From contig JBHGNT010000016.1 of assembly GCA_043228905.1 (NCBI GenBank), forward strand, positions 17,298,001-17,362,000: a stretch of 64,000 nucleotides of DNA, given 5' to 3'. The DNA comes from Azolla caroliniana (Eukaryota; Plantae; Polypodiophyta). Below the pieces are notes generated by a model, which worked only from the letters and a program-made list of their open reading frames with translations, made no database searches and had not been told where the DNA came from. Within the stretch, counting starts at the first letter, position 1, and each line of letters begins with the position of its first letter. Of this stretch, positions 9,797 to 22,306 are shown piece after piece. The translations under genes and the position numbers were made by a program.

Positions 9797-11485
9797 ATGT
9801 AAATACAAAAGGTGGTTTATATAGGATGTTGAGAATGGTAAAGGGAGGGGAAAGAGGGAGTGGGGTGTAATAAGAGTGTAAATAGATGGAGGGCTGTAAG
9901 GATTTAAGGTGGAAGATCTTGATGATAGAGGGGGTGGTGATAAAGGGGAAAATGAGTTGGTGATAGGAAGATTGATAGGGTGATAAGACATATGAGTGAG
10001 TGATATAGGGTGATAAGGGGAAATGAATGAGTGATAGGGTATGTAATTATAAGTACGTAAACATAAGATGGTGAGAAAGTGAAAAGAAAAGAAGGGAATA
10101 AGAAGGGAAAGGAAGGAAAAGAAAAAGGAAGTTAGTAAGAGGTGGTGGGGAGAAGGTTTGAGGGAAAAGAGGGAGTAGAAAAAGGTAGTGAGAGGTATAG
10201 GGGAGGGGGAAGGGAGAAAAAAGGGAGAGAGAGAGAGAGAGAGAGAAAAGGAATGAGTGAGATATAAAATAGTAGTAAGGGGGAGGGGGCTGATGACAGT
10301 GACGTACGTGATTAATAGATCACCCTTCGCACCCTTGGAAGGAGACACACCACAGAGAGTATGGACCAGTAAAGACGTGTCTTACCGGCATCTGAAGGTG
10401 TTCGGGTGGCTCACTTATGTGCATGTTGCAAAGGACAAGAGAGAAAACTTGGATCCAAAGTCCAGGCCATGCATATTCCTCGGATATGGCGATGATGAGT
10501 TTGGCTACCGTGTGTGGGACTTGGTCGACAAGAAGGTCTTCAGGAGTCGAGACATAGTCTTCGTTGAAGACAAGACTATTGCCGACCGGGAGTCAAAGAG
10601 GAAGATAGTGCAGTCCGGGCCGACAAACAAAGATTAGTTGAAGGACACAAGGACTTACCCGGTCGGAAACCGGATGTTAACTGGTAACTGGATGACACTC
10701 CACGAACCGGACGGATTCAGACAAGAAACCAAACCGACCAAAGAAGAAGAAGAAGAAGAAGAAGAAGACACCGAAAACGGACAAGATCCTGAATCATATT
10801 CGGATGAAGAACAAACGGAGGAACTGGTAATTGAAGAACAAGGATGGAGATACCCTCTCAAAGAGAGAAGAGCTCCCGAGAGATTTCCGGATGCAGAGCA
10901 CGTATTGATGAACGATGAGGGGGAGCCAGAAAACTTCGAAGAAGCAAAGAAAGACACCCACAACGGCAAGTGGTTGAGTGCCATGTAGGACTAGATGGAT
11001 TCCCTTCATGAGAACCACAGATACAAACTAACAGAGTTGCCAAAAGGAAAGAGGACACTTCAGAACAAGTTGTCGCGACCCAATCTTCGAAGACAAGGTC
11101 GATTTGGAAGAAAAGAAGATAATAACAAACGAGAAGACGTTTACAAGACAAAAATACAAGAATTTCTATTACCGGAAACCGAGATTACAAGGTTGCTGAA
11201 GACTGGTGTTGAACCGGAATGGTTCAACACTAAGCAGATCTTCGACTTATATATTGTACATCAGAATGTGCATGATCGCCATTTGGCATACATGCTGTGC
11301 GCCACTTGGTGTACAGGGTGCATGCCATTTGGCGGTCATTTAATGTGTCTAGTACTTTAGAGTTCTTGAATAATAATAATATGAAAATGCATTCATTAAT
11401 GAAAATGAGTTGGTGCAATGGCTGAAGTGTAAGACCATTGTTTGAAGGTCACAAGTTCGAACCTTGATATTCACATTTTGTGACA

Positions 11486-14400
11486 GCATCCCCTCCTTTG
11501 ACGACGAGTTCCATGAGTCGCAATGCATGAACTAGGTTTTGGTTTATGGGGATAACGAAGATGAAACTCTTGTATAAGTTCACAGGCATTAGTGACGTTC
11601 GTTGCAAGTTCCCATGTCTGATCCGCAGGCGTGTATCCCAGCCAATCTACTAGATAATATAACTTATTGCGGATGACCTTAGAGTCCAAAATAGCTTCTA
11701 CTTCATATTCATGTCCTTCAGCAAGTTGAACCGGAGGTGGTGGTGGGATAACCCGATTTGGAATAGAACTTGATGTCCATGGTTCTAATAATGAAACATG
11801 AAATATTGGATGAAAACGCATATGTGAAGGTAGGTCCAGACGAAATGCAACATTGTTGACTTGATGAGAGATTACAAATGGACCTAGACGTTGGAAATCC
11901 AATTTGGCACTTGGTCGAGTAGTTTTCACATTGCGACGCAATAAGCAGACACGATCACCAACTTTAAACTTAGGGTCTTCAAGTGAAGAATCTAAGCGAT
12001 GTTTATCCGCCACCTTCTTGTACTTGGCGTGAGCATGAAGCAAATTGTGAGAAAGGTTGGTTTGAATTTCTTTGAGTTTTTCTAGACGATCTTTGACCGT
12101 GGGATTTTTTGAGACTTTTGGACATTCGAGCATCATTCATCGAGGATGATATCCTGTGTTTGCAAAGAACGGAGTGAGTCCCGTAGAAGAATGGATGTAA
12201 GCAAATTCTGCCATATGTAAGAAATCCATCCAATCATCTTGTTGATAGTTGATAAAGCAACGGAGATATTGTTCTAATGTTTGATTTGTGCGTTCCGTTT
12301 GCCCATCGGTTTGAGGATGGTAGCTTGAAGATAGTTTACAAGAAATTCCAAGGCTCTCAAGTAAGTGTGTCCAAAACTTTGCAATAAATTGTGGTCCACA
12401 ATCACTAATGATTTCATCTGGAAGGCCATGGTGCTTGAAAACTTCTCGCATAACAAGACTTGTCAATTCTTGACTAGTAAAAGTTTTTCTAAATGGAAGA
12501 AAATATGCCATTTTCGTAAAGCGATCCACCACTGTAAGAATTGCATCATAGCCTTGGGAAGATGGGAGATCTGTGATGAAATCGATAGAAATGGATTTCC
12601 ACGGACCATCTGGAATGGGCAATGGGTGCAACAAACCATATGGCCGATGTCGAGGCATCTTTGATCGACAACATACATCACAAGTAGAAACATAGTCTAT
12701 GACAAATTGACGAACCTGAGGCCACCAATAGTTTCGGGTAATTAGCTCTAATGTTTTCAAAACTCCGAAATGTCCAGCTAACGGTGAATCATGGCAGTGA
12801 TGCAAGACTTAAAGTCCAAAAGGTCCATCGGGAATATAAGTACGGTTGTTTCGAAAAAGCAATCCATCATGCCAACTGAAGTTCCCATAATCCATGCGAG
12901 AAGACTTGGAGCATGAACAAGAAGCACAATCTGGAACAATGTGGTCTAAAATATCTTGTGCAAAATCATCTGAACCAATGCTCGAGCGAATAGAATCAAG
13001 AAATTTTGAATCCAAAGTTATCTCAACAACATTTGTCACCATTAATCGTAGACGACTAGGGCTCAAAAGGACTTGTTCTTGATTGTCGTAAGTTGGGTCC
13101 CCCGGTTTTGGTGCAAAATAAGAGCTTCTTGATAAGGCGTCAACTTTACCTTGTGTTCCTGGTCGATATGTTATCACAAAATACAACCCTGTTAGAAATT
13201 GTGCCCACCGAGCTTGCCGTCGATTTAGAACTCGAGCATTTTGAAAGTATGTGAGGTTTTTATGATCGTTGTAAACAATAATTTGGTGGGGAGAACCTTC
13301 CAAGAAGTGACGCCATTGTTCAAAAGAATCAACAATTGCCAACAATTCTTTGTCATGGATTTCATAATTGATTTCTGTAGGTTCAAACTTTCTTGAAAGA
13401 AATGCAACTGGATGTAATTTCTCATCATCCGCTACTTGCGATAGAACACTTCCTAGTGCAAAATCAGATGCATCCGCTTCTATGATAAACGGCTTTTTAA
13501 GGTCAACGTGGACCAAAATGGGAGCAGATGTAAATGCTTGCTTCAAGCTATCAAATGCATCAGCTGCGCTTGATGTCCATACAAATGGTCGGTTCTTCTG
13601 TGTTAGTTCCGTGAGGGGCAAAACAACTTTTGAGTAACTCTTGATGAATTTGCGGTAGAAATTCGCAAATCCCAAGAAACATTGTAGATCACGAACTGAG
13701 CCTGGTGTCTTCCAATCTAGAATTGTTTGTACTTTCTTTGGATCCATAAAAATACCTTCTGGAGAGACCATATACCCTAGAAACTCGGCTTGATTGCGGT
13801 CAAAGCAACACTTCTCTAGTTTGGCATAAAGACCAAATTCCCGTAATCGTTGTAGAACTTGTCGGACATGATTATTATGCTCCTCTTGTGTCTTTGAGTA
13901 GATTAGTATGTCATCCAAGTAAATTATCATGAAGATATTGAGGAAATCTCGAAAGATATCATCTGCCATATGTTGGAAAACTGATGGAGCATTTGTAAGC
14001 CCGAATGGCATTACTGTGTACTCAAAGTGACCATATCGTGTGCGAAAAGCAATTTTCCATTCATCACCAGGTCGAGTACGAACAAGGTTGTAAGCTCCTT
14101 GTAAGTCTAGCCTTGTGAAGTATTTGGCCCCATTGAGACGTTCCAAGAGATTTGGAATCAATGGTAGAGCATATCGATTTCGAATCATAACCTTGTTCAA
14201 GCCTCGATAGTCTACGACCAAACGTAAAGAGCCATCTTTCTTCTTAACAAAAAAAATAGGAGTGCCAGCAGGAGTTCAGGAATGTCGAATAAAGCCATTT
14301 GCAAGATTCTCATCAATATATTCTCGAAGAACTTTCAATTCTGACGGCGAAAGGTTATAAATTGGTCCCCATGGTGGTTCCTTCTCAGCATGCAAATCAA

Positions 14401-15110
14401 TGGGACAATCATATGGGCGATGATCAGGAAGTGTTGTGGCCTTTACCTTATCAAACACATTGGAAAATTCTTCATACTTTGATGGCAAATGGACCTCTGA
14501 ATCTTGTGGGTTTGAGAATGGGGTTATGACCACTGCAAACACAAACATATCTTCTATTGTAGCTTCTTTATGTAATCTTTTGAGAGAGATAGTTGATATA
14601 TGTCTTGGTGTTAGCTTTGAGGTTGATGTGGTGATGAGCCTTAAAGTGTTGTCTCGTGAGTCTATGATTTCCCGCTTCTTCCAATCAATCTTTGGATTAT
14701 GAAGTTCAAACTACGGCAACCCAAGAACAATTGGATGTTCGGGACTGCTTATGATATTAAAAGATATTGCAGTAGCTAAATTACCAAGAACTACACGAAT
14801 AGGCTCTGATTCTTCAGTAATATCTCCTGATGCAATAGAATGTCCATCAATTACTGCTACTGATGTTGGACGAGGAAGTTTATAGAGTAGAATTTCTTGT
14901 GTTGTGGCAAAATCCCGATCCATGAAACATGAGTGAGCTCCTGAATCCAAGAGCGCAGATGCAAAAACTTGATGACATCTTGATGTGTTGAGTTGAACTT
15001 GCGCTGTGAAAACTTCACTGACTTAGTTCAATGAAATGGAACCTAAGCTCGGAACAAGTTATATATGCTTTGGTTGGTCCAACCAAATGGCTCCGATTTT
15101 GGCTGGACTT
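11486..15110 (-). pseudogene. Chromovirus pol: protease, RT, RNase H, integrase, chromodomain
   Basis: Motifs LLDSGA; MPFGLTNAP..YLDD; EADASDFALG..DKELLAI; HDSPLAGHFG..CDVC; YHPQTDGQTER; GPF; YEVEAILDSK..YYLVDWLGY..TWE. Confidence 0.95.
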
Positions 15111-15121
15111 ACTTGTTTAAC
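15050..15121 (-). promoter_or_regulatory. Predicted -1 ribosomal frameshift signal (slippery G_UUA_AAC plus H-type pseudoknot)
   Basis: The pol frame is -1 relative to gag at the heptamer. A 6-nt spacer precedes stem 1 GUCCAGCCAAA/UUUGGUUGGAC, and loop CGGAGC pairs with downstream GUUCCG. Confidence 0.75.
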
Positions 15122-16172
15122 AGCTCATCAAGTTGGCTTAGAACATCAAAACTATTGGATTGAGGGTTGTTGACAAGAGTTCTTGGTTTATTGGCTTTGA
15201 CTGGAGAACATGAATCAAAATTCTCAATAGCACCTACTTGATTTAATTGTCTCTTTGGTCGATGTGGACAATGTATTGCTATATGTCCTGGACCACCACA
15301 ATATAGGCAAAGTCGATTTGCTCGACGTCGTTGTTTCTCGGCTTCGGACAAAGGACCTCGACGACGTGCTGCATCAATCTCCATTGGAGTAGGTCCATTA
15401 AAAGAATTAGGATTAGGAACTTGCACTGGTCCTAAAGGTGGTGAGGCTAATGGTGAGGCATATGTTTGCTCAGATCTAAGGCGTGTCCACGTTTGTTGGC
15501 GCTCAGAACGTCTTTCGAACAAACGATTGTGACATCGAACTACACGGCTAATAGCTTCTGTTAGTGATTTGGGTTCATCATGAAATGTTAAGAGCAAGTC
15601 TTTAACATCATTACGCAAACCATGCCGAAACAAGTCCATCATCGTTGCTTCATCCCAAGGGATATCACAAGCATGAAGACGAAAATCAGCTGTGTAAGCT
15701 GAGGCTGGCCGATCTCCTTGGCGCAACCTACGTATCTTGTTTATTGTTGTTCTTACACTATCAATATCACCAAAACTAGCTTGGAATTCGTTGATAAAGG
15801 TATCAAAGTTTTCTAGTATTGGGGATTTCTTCTCTAGCAATGGTGCAAACCATGCTAGTGCGGTTCCTGTCAATAATGTTCCAACTAACCCCACTCGAGT
15901 TGCATCAGTTGGATATCGGTTGGGATGCATATGAATTATAAGGCGTACAAACTTTGAGAGGTTGAAGCTTTTTGTCGAAGAGATAACACAATAACTTCAA
16001 GTTGTTGGACACGTTTCGAGAGTTCCTCATGTTGTTGTGCCTTTTCAACGCTCACTTGTTGCAAGTCACCAAGAAGTTTATGATTCTCTTGTTCCAATGC
16101 AACAAATTTTGTTGTTAGGAGGTCAAGTTCTGAGAGAATACGCATATACTCTTGTTTACTAACGATCTCCAT
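15109..16172 (-). pseudogene. Chromovirus gag (coiled-coil N-terminus, capsid, CCHC)
   Basis: LTGTALAWF, LRQG, PTPMEID..RRANRLCLYCGGPGHIAIHC, as in sushi/PEG10-like gags. The frame is broken near 15933. Confidence 0.9.
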
Positions 16173-16218
16173 TGTGACGGAAAAACTTCACTAGATACTC
16201 GAGAAAAAAAAAAGTGGG

Positions 16219-16230
16219 ATTCCGGTTCAA
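16219..16230 (-). promoter_or_regulatory. Self-priming primer-binding site (Tf1 type)
   Basis: TTGAACCGGAAT lies 2 nt after the 5' LTR and is exactly complementary to ATTCCGGTTCAA in the LTR (16382-16371). That LTR sequence starts 33 nt downstream of TATATAA (16415-16409). There is no TGG tRNA-type PBS. Confidence 0.85.
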
Positions 16231-16628
16231 ACTATCGCGACCCAAGCTTCGAAGACAAGGTCGATTTGGAAGAAAAGAAGATAATAACAAACGAGAAGAC
16301 GTTTACAAGACAAAAATACAAGAATTTCTATTACCGGAAACCGAGATTACAAGGTTGCTGAAGACTAGTGTTGAACCGGAATGGTTCAACACTAAGCAAA
16401 TCTTCGACTTATATATTGTACATCAGAATGTGCATGATCGCCATTTGGCATACATGCTGTGCGCCACTTGGCGTACAGGGTGCATGCCATTTGGTGGTCA
16501 TTTAATGTGTCTAGTGCTCTAGAGTTCTTGAATAATAATAATATGAAAATGTATTTATTAATGAAAATGAGTTGGTGCAATGGCTGAAGTGTAAGACCAT
16601 TGTTTGAAGGTCACAAGTTCACACCTTG

Positions 16629-19600
16629 TAAAAAGAATGGCGTGCGGAACCAATATAAGAAAACCGAACAACAGAAAACGCAGGTTTAATGGAAAGCTTA
16701 GGTTTGCACAGTACGCACGGGAGAGACAGAGAGAGAGTAAACACAAGAACTTAATTCAAAGAGAGAATACTCAATCTATACATAGGATGTGCTCAGTGAG
16801 CAATTTTATACAAGTCCTGACAGTTGGGCTGACACAAGTACTGACAGTACTTGAATGCTCATAAATGAGCTTCGACTCTTACTCCCAAAACTATTGCTTA
16901 CGAGGAATATCTCTCTAACAGAGTTTCGGATTACGCACCGATACGGCCTTCCTACGCACCTGTTTGTGTACCGGTTTACACACTCATTTTACGCACCGAT
17001 CCGGCCGATGTTGAGCTTGTCTTCCAACACTCCCCCTCAAGGTCAACTTGAGGTTCCGCCTGCTCCGCCGGATCTACGCTCCGGCTTCTCCCGGCTCCAC
17101 TCCTTGCTCGCGCTCCTCGACCTGTTCGACTCCGCACGCTTCGACCCTTCCGGTCGGCTTGTTTGCTCCCATGACCCTTCTCACCTTCATTGTTGTTGTG
17201 GTGTTGGCGCCTCTTATGCCGCCTTCTCTTCCGCTTGGCCCTTGGTTGATTCAGCGTATCCGAATCAAACATTCGAACTGACTCGGCTACCTCCGATCGG
17301 TTTTCGCTCTCGTCCGAGTTGGCTGTCTCCAACTCATCTTCAGTCTTCTCGCCCTTGACGGCGTCATCTCCCCCACGCTTGGTTGGCTTCGGCTCTTTCT
17401 TCTGGCTGCTCCCCTTATGTCCGCTTTCGGACTCTTCCGCGGATCTGCCCTCGGCTTCTTTAGCCGATCCGAAGTCGAATTCATCATCCGACTCGGCGCT
17501 ACAGTCTTTTCCGCTCCTTTCCTGCTCCCTTCCGTGGTCATTTGGGACATCTTTCACCCTCAACTTCGGCACGTTGAGGTGACACAACCCAAGCGCACCC
17601 GGAAATTGCCGCAACTTGTCCAGACCAAGAGGCTTGGTGAAGATGTCGGTTGTCTGCCGATCTATCGGAACATACTGAAGTTCGACTTCACTAGAAAGGA
17701 CACGCTCACGGACAAAATGGTAGTGCACCTCAATGTGCTTGGTCCGTGCGTGGAAGACTAGGTTCTGCGCGAGCTGGATGCTACTGAGGTTGTCGCAGGA
17801 GATCGTCGTCGGATCGGACACCTCCACCTGCAGATCCTTAAGTAGCCGCTTCAACCACAGGGCTTCGCATGTCGTGACAACCGCTCCTCGGTACTCAGCT
17901 TCGGTGCTCGACAATGCAAATGTCGGCTACTTCTTACTGCTCCACGGGATTGCGACACTCCCAAGAGAGAACGCGTATCCGGACGTGGATCGGCGATCGG
18001 CGGTGTTGCCAGCCCAATCGGCATCGGTGTAGCCGACCAATTGTGGGGCTAGACCGGTTCAAAATAGCAGTCCTCGGTCCTTAGTGCCGCTTACGTACCG
18101 CAGTACGCGTTGCGCACACTGAAGGTGCTACTCGGTAGGTCGCACCATAAACTGACTGAGCACCCCGACTAGATAACTAAGATCGGGTTGGGTGATGGTC
18201 AAGTATATGAGGCTGCCGACTATCTATCGGAACCTCGTCAGGTCGCATACCTTTCCGGACTCGGGGCGAAGCTTGACGGTTCTATCCAGAGGAGCTGAGA
18301 CGGACTTACAGTCAGCCATCCCAAATTTGAAGAGCATATTCAACGTGTAATGACATTGGCTGATCAGTATGCCTTCGGGGGTGCGGATCATTTTGACCTC
18401 GAGGAAGTAATGAAGGTCCCCCAGGTCCTTCATGTTGAATGATGCCGCAAGCTGGAGCTTCACGCGGTCGATTTCACCTAGGTCGGTGCCGGTGATGACC
18501 AAGTCATCAACATATAGTAAAATACTAACTGGCCCGAGTCGACCTTTTCGGATGAACAAGGAAGAGTCTGATTGTGACGTTGCAAAGCCCATCCGACGCA
18601 GTTGCTGCGTGATCTTCGCGTTCCAGGCACGCGGGGCTTGCTTCAGTCCGTAAAGGGACTTCTTCAATCGACACACCACCGAAGTGTTCGTTCCGGAGTG
18701 AAATCCGGGGGGCTGTACCATGTACACCTGTTCCTCAAGCTCACCTTGCAGGAACGCATTCTTTACATCCATCTAATGTAAGTGCCACCCCTTTCTCGCA
18801 GCTACCGCGACCAAAACACGGACGGTAGCCTTTCGCCACTAACCGGCCCTTGTATCAGTTGACCGAGCCGTCGGTGTTGTACTTGACCTTGTACACCCAC
18901 TTGCATCCGATTGGCTTCACACCCTTCGGTGCGTCAACCAGGTCCCAGGTCTCGTTTTCCGCCAATGGGTGCATCTCTTCCTCCATCGCGGCGCGCCAAT
19001 TCGCATCCTGAGCCGCTTCTGCGTAGCTCTCTAGCTCACGCACTTCCGCTACATGGGTCATGTACGCATAACGATGCGCCATGTACTCGTTCTATCCGAA
19101 CCGCACAACTAGGTTCTTTTGGCGGGTAGATCGGTGTAATCGGTCATTAGCCGATGTCGAGGTCTTCTTGGCCGACGCGGACTTCGCTCCATCACGACTT
19201 CCCTCGGAGTCGGACTCGCGTCGATCCGACTCATTCCTATCCGTGCCGTAATCCGACACCTTCTTCTTCCCTTTTTCTTAAGCGTGAGCCATCTCCTTGG
19301 CTTCCTGCGCGGGGAATGTACGGCCGAGTCTCCACTACTCGCCGGCTCTTCATCAGACTGGTCGAAACGACTCAGTCGTCCATTCGATCCAGTTAACCAA
19401 AACGAAATCAGACTTTGTTCGGGGGTCCTGATTTTAGGCTCATCCGGAGGCATCTCGGTCTCATTGAATTCATCATCAGAAGCTAGATTGGAAGTGAGGT
19501 CCGGAGTTGGAGGCAAGTACCAGGACACGGACTCGTCCAACACAACGTCGCGGCTCACGCGGGCTTGTTTGGTGCGAGGGTTATAGCACTTATAGCCCTT

Positions 19601-22306
19601 CTGCTCGTCCGAATAGCCGACCAAGATACACTTCTCGGCTTTCGTGTCCAGCTTCCTCCGTTTCTCCTTTGGCACATGCACATACGCAATGCTACCGAAA
19701 ACTCGTAAGTGTCGCAGGTTCGGCTTCCTTCCGAAATATAGCTCATGCGCCGACACTTTGTCTCTGATCCGATTCTGGATGTATACCGAGGTCCTTACCG
19801 CCTCGGCCCAGTAGAACTTGGGCAAGCTCTTCTCCTCGAGCATTGCCTGTGCCGCTTCCACAACCGACAGATTTTCCCTCTCGGCCATGCCATTTTGCTA
19901 CGGCATGTATCTACAACTGAATTCATGCCGAATTCCAATTTGTTGTAAATAACTGTTGAATTGACCGGAAAAATATTCTTTTTCGCCATCCGACCGCAGG
20001 CACTTGATCTTTCTTCCTGTTTCCGTTTCCACGAACCCTTTGAGGTCCAGGAAATAGTCGAAGACTTCAATCTTCCTCTCAATGAGGTAGATCCACGTGT
20101 GCCGCGTGTAGTTGTCGATGAAAGAGATGAAATATCGGCTCCCGCCAAGACTCACATTTTGTGTTGGCCCCCACACATCGGAGTGTATCAAGTCGAGCTT
20201 GTTCCGGCTCCGGTTACGCTCATTGGGGAAGGGAAGTCCACGTTGCTTCCCAAGCTGACATGCTTCACAAATTTGTGCCTTCCAGCCACTAAATTTGGGC
20301 AATCCGAGCACCACCTGTTTCGATTGCAAGTCCTGAAGTCGCTGGTAGTTGACGTGGCCTATTCGCTTGTGCCATAAGTCGATGTCCGACTCGACTTTCT
20401 GTCCCTTCGCGAACATTGCGGTGCCACCGTCAATAGAGTCGAGGATGAACATCCTCCCATCTCTGCGCCCTTGCACAATAATACGGCCTTCTTCCTCAAT
20501 GAAACACCCGAGATGCGTAAACCGAACCTGCATCCCCTGGTCGACGATCTGCCCGACTGACACCAGGTTCTTTGTGATTGTCGGGATGTGTAACACGTTC
20601 ATGAGTTTCCCGTTCTGCCCAACATGGCTCAAGGGAACTTCACCGACATTCGCAATCGGATGCGGAGTGTCGTCTCCAGTTGCGACTACACCTTGTTGCG
20701 TCAGTTTCTCAAGATATGAGAACCACTCCTCATGGCACGTCATGTGGTTTGACGCGCCGAAGTCGACATACCACACCTCGTTCAATTTCAGGGCGGACTG
20801 CTTCATTGAGTTTGGTTCATGTCTCATCATGAAGGCTGACCGTTTTTCGGCTTCTCCGGATCCTTCGGCGTAGTGCGATCGCTGCTGGTTTCCTTTATCG
20901 GTATGTCCGGAACCAGATCCAGAACCGGACCTCTCCGACTCGGCGCGCTTTTTCCAGCACTCGCTCTCCCTGTGGCCTTTCTTACCACAGTACCAACATT
21001 CCGCGACGGATTTCCCTTGCTGGTTCTCGTCGCCCCGACTCCCCCTGTTTTCGGAGGGTTCGGAATTGCTGTCGGCATCACTTCGGTGCCTTCTTCCTTG
21101 ATCCCGTCGGCCGCCTCCATTGCGTACCGACTCGCCTCATCCGCCACGACCACGGGGCCTATCTCCCTCCGTGTACAACATCTTGTTTTCGGCATACATG
21201 CTTGTCGACACACCCGAGTGGTTCTCCTCTATAAGGAGCATCGACTGTAAGTCGAAAAAGGACGGCGTATTCTCCCAGGTACACACAACAGTTCGGAACG
21301 CCCCGAACTTCGACGCCAAACCCTCGAGACAGACTTGGACCATCTCGTATTCCTCGATATTCACATCGATGGAAGCTAGGGAGTCGCATATGTCCTTAAT
21401 CCTCGAGGTATAGTCAACCACCGACAAATCGCGTTGCCGTAGGTTGTGGTGCTCTTGTCGAAGCTGAAGCTTCCTAGTTGTGGTGCTCCTAGCGAAAATC
21501 TTCTTCAGATTTTCCCATGCACCCTTTGGCGTTTTTGCATCCCGAATGTAGCTTAATAGTTGTTCACGCACACAAGACGCGAAGCAGTACAACACTCTGC
21601 TCGCCGATTGTTCCCACGCCGGGAAGTCTTTGTGTGTCGAATTGGGTGTTGTGTTATTTGAACCATCGACATAGCTCCAGTAACTGTGTCCGAGCAGGTA
21701 CTGGTGCATCTTGTAAGACCAAGACGCGTGGTTGTTTCTGTCGAGCTTCTCCGTGAGAAGCGAGCCAACCATTCCTCTGTCCATTGGTTTTCTTGTTCTT
21801 CTTCGTTGGTTTTTCCTTCAAGCAAAGTCGGCTATAGAGGTTCTCAACCCTCGCGCTCTAATACCATGAAAAGAATGGCGTACGAAAGCAATATAGGAAA
21901 ACCGAACAACAGAAAACGCAGGTTTAATGGAAAGCTTAGGTTTGCACAGTACGCACGGGAGAGACAGAGAGAGAGTAAACACAAGAACTTAATTCAAAAA
22001 GATAATACTCAATCTGTACATAGGATGTGCTCAGTGAGCACTTTTATACAAGCCCTGACAGTCGGGCTGACACAAGTATTGACAGTACTTGACTGCTCAT
22101 AAATGAGCTTCGACTCTTAGTCCCAAAACTATTCCTTACGAGGAATATCTCTCTAACGGCCTTTCGGATTATGCACCGATACGGCCTTCCTACGCATTGA
22201 TTTGCGTACCGGTTTACACACCCGTTTTACGCACCGATCTGGCCTAACCGATCCGATCCTCGGCTTGCTCAACCGATCCGGCCGATGTTGAGCTTGTCTC
22301 TCAACA
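16629..22306 (-). mobile_element. Full-length Ty1/copia (Ale/RE1-like), degenerate; family B copy 1
   Basis: LTRs at 16629-17029 and 21867-22306; TSD CCTTG at 16624-16628 and 22307-22311; PBS TGGTATTAGAGC at 21866-21855; PPT TTGAGGGGGAG; gag 21784 through RH ~17570 (LWHKRIGH, IHSDVWGP, LLYVDD, TEAEYR). Confidence 0.95.

Larger units (their letters stand above)
1..10289 (-). mobile_element. Penelope-like retroelement (PLE), degenerate, 3' end outside window; split by copia insertion 3644-9037; itself inserted into a copia integrase region at ~10289
   Basis: PLE-type RT motifs on the minus strand (see RT feature). A hammerhead motif lies at 9742-9796. The reading frame is continuous across the copia insertion once the CAAGA TSD is removed. 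The flanks share a G/T- and purine-rich plus-strand bias that stops abruptly at ~10289, where copia integrase sequence begins. Confidence 0.85.

Noticed and set aside
9782-10348. 188-aa hydrophobic ORF
   Set aside because: It is a product of the CT-rich PLE leader joined to antisense copia sequence and has no motifs.
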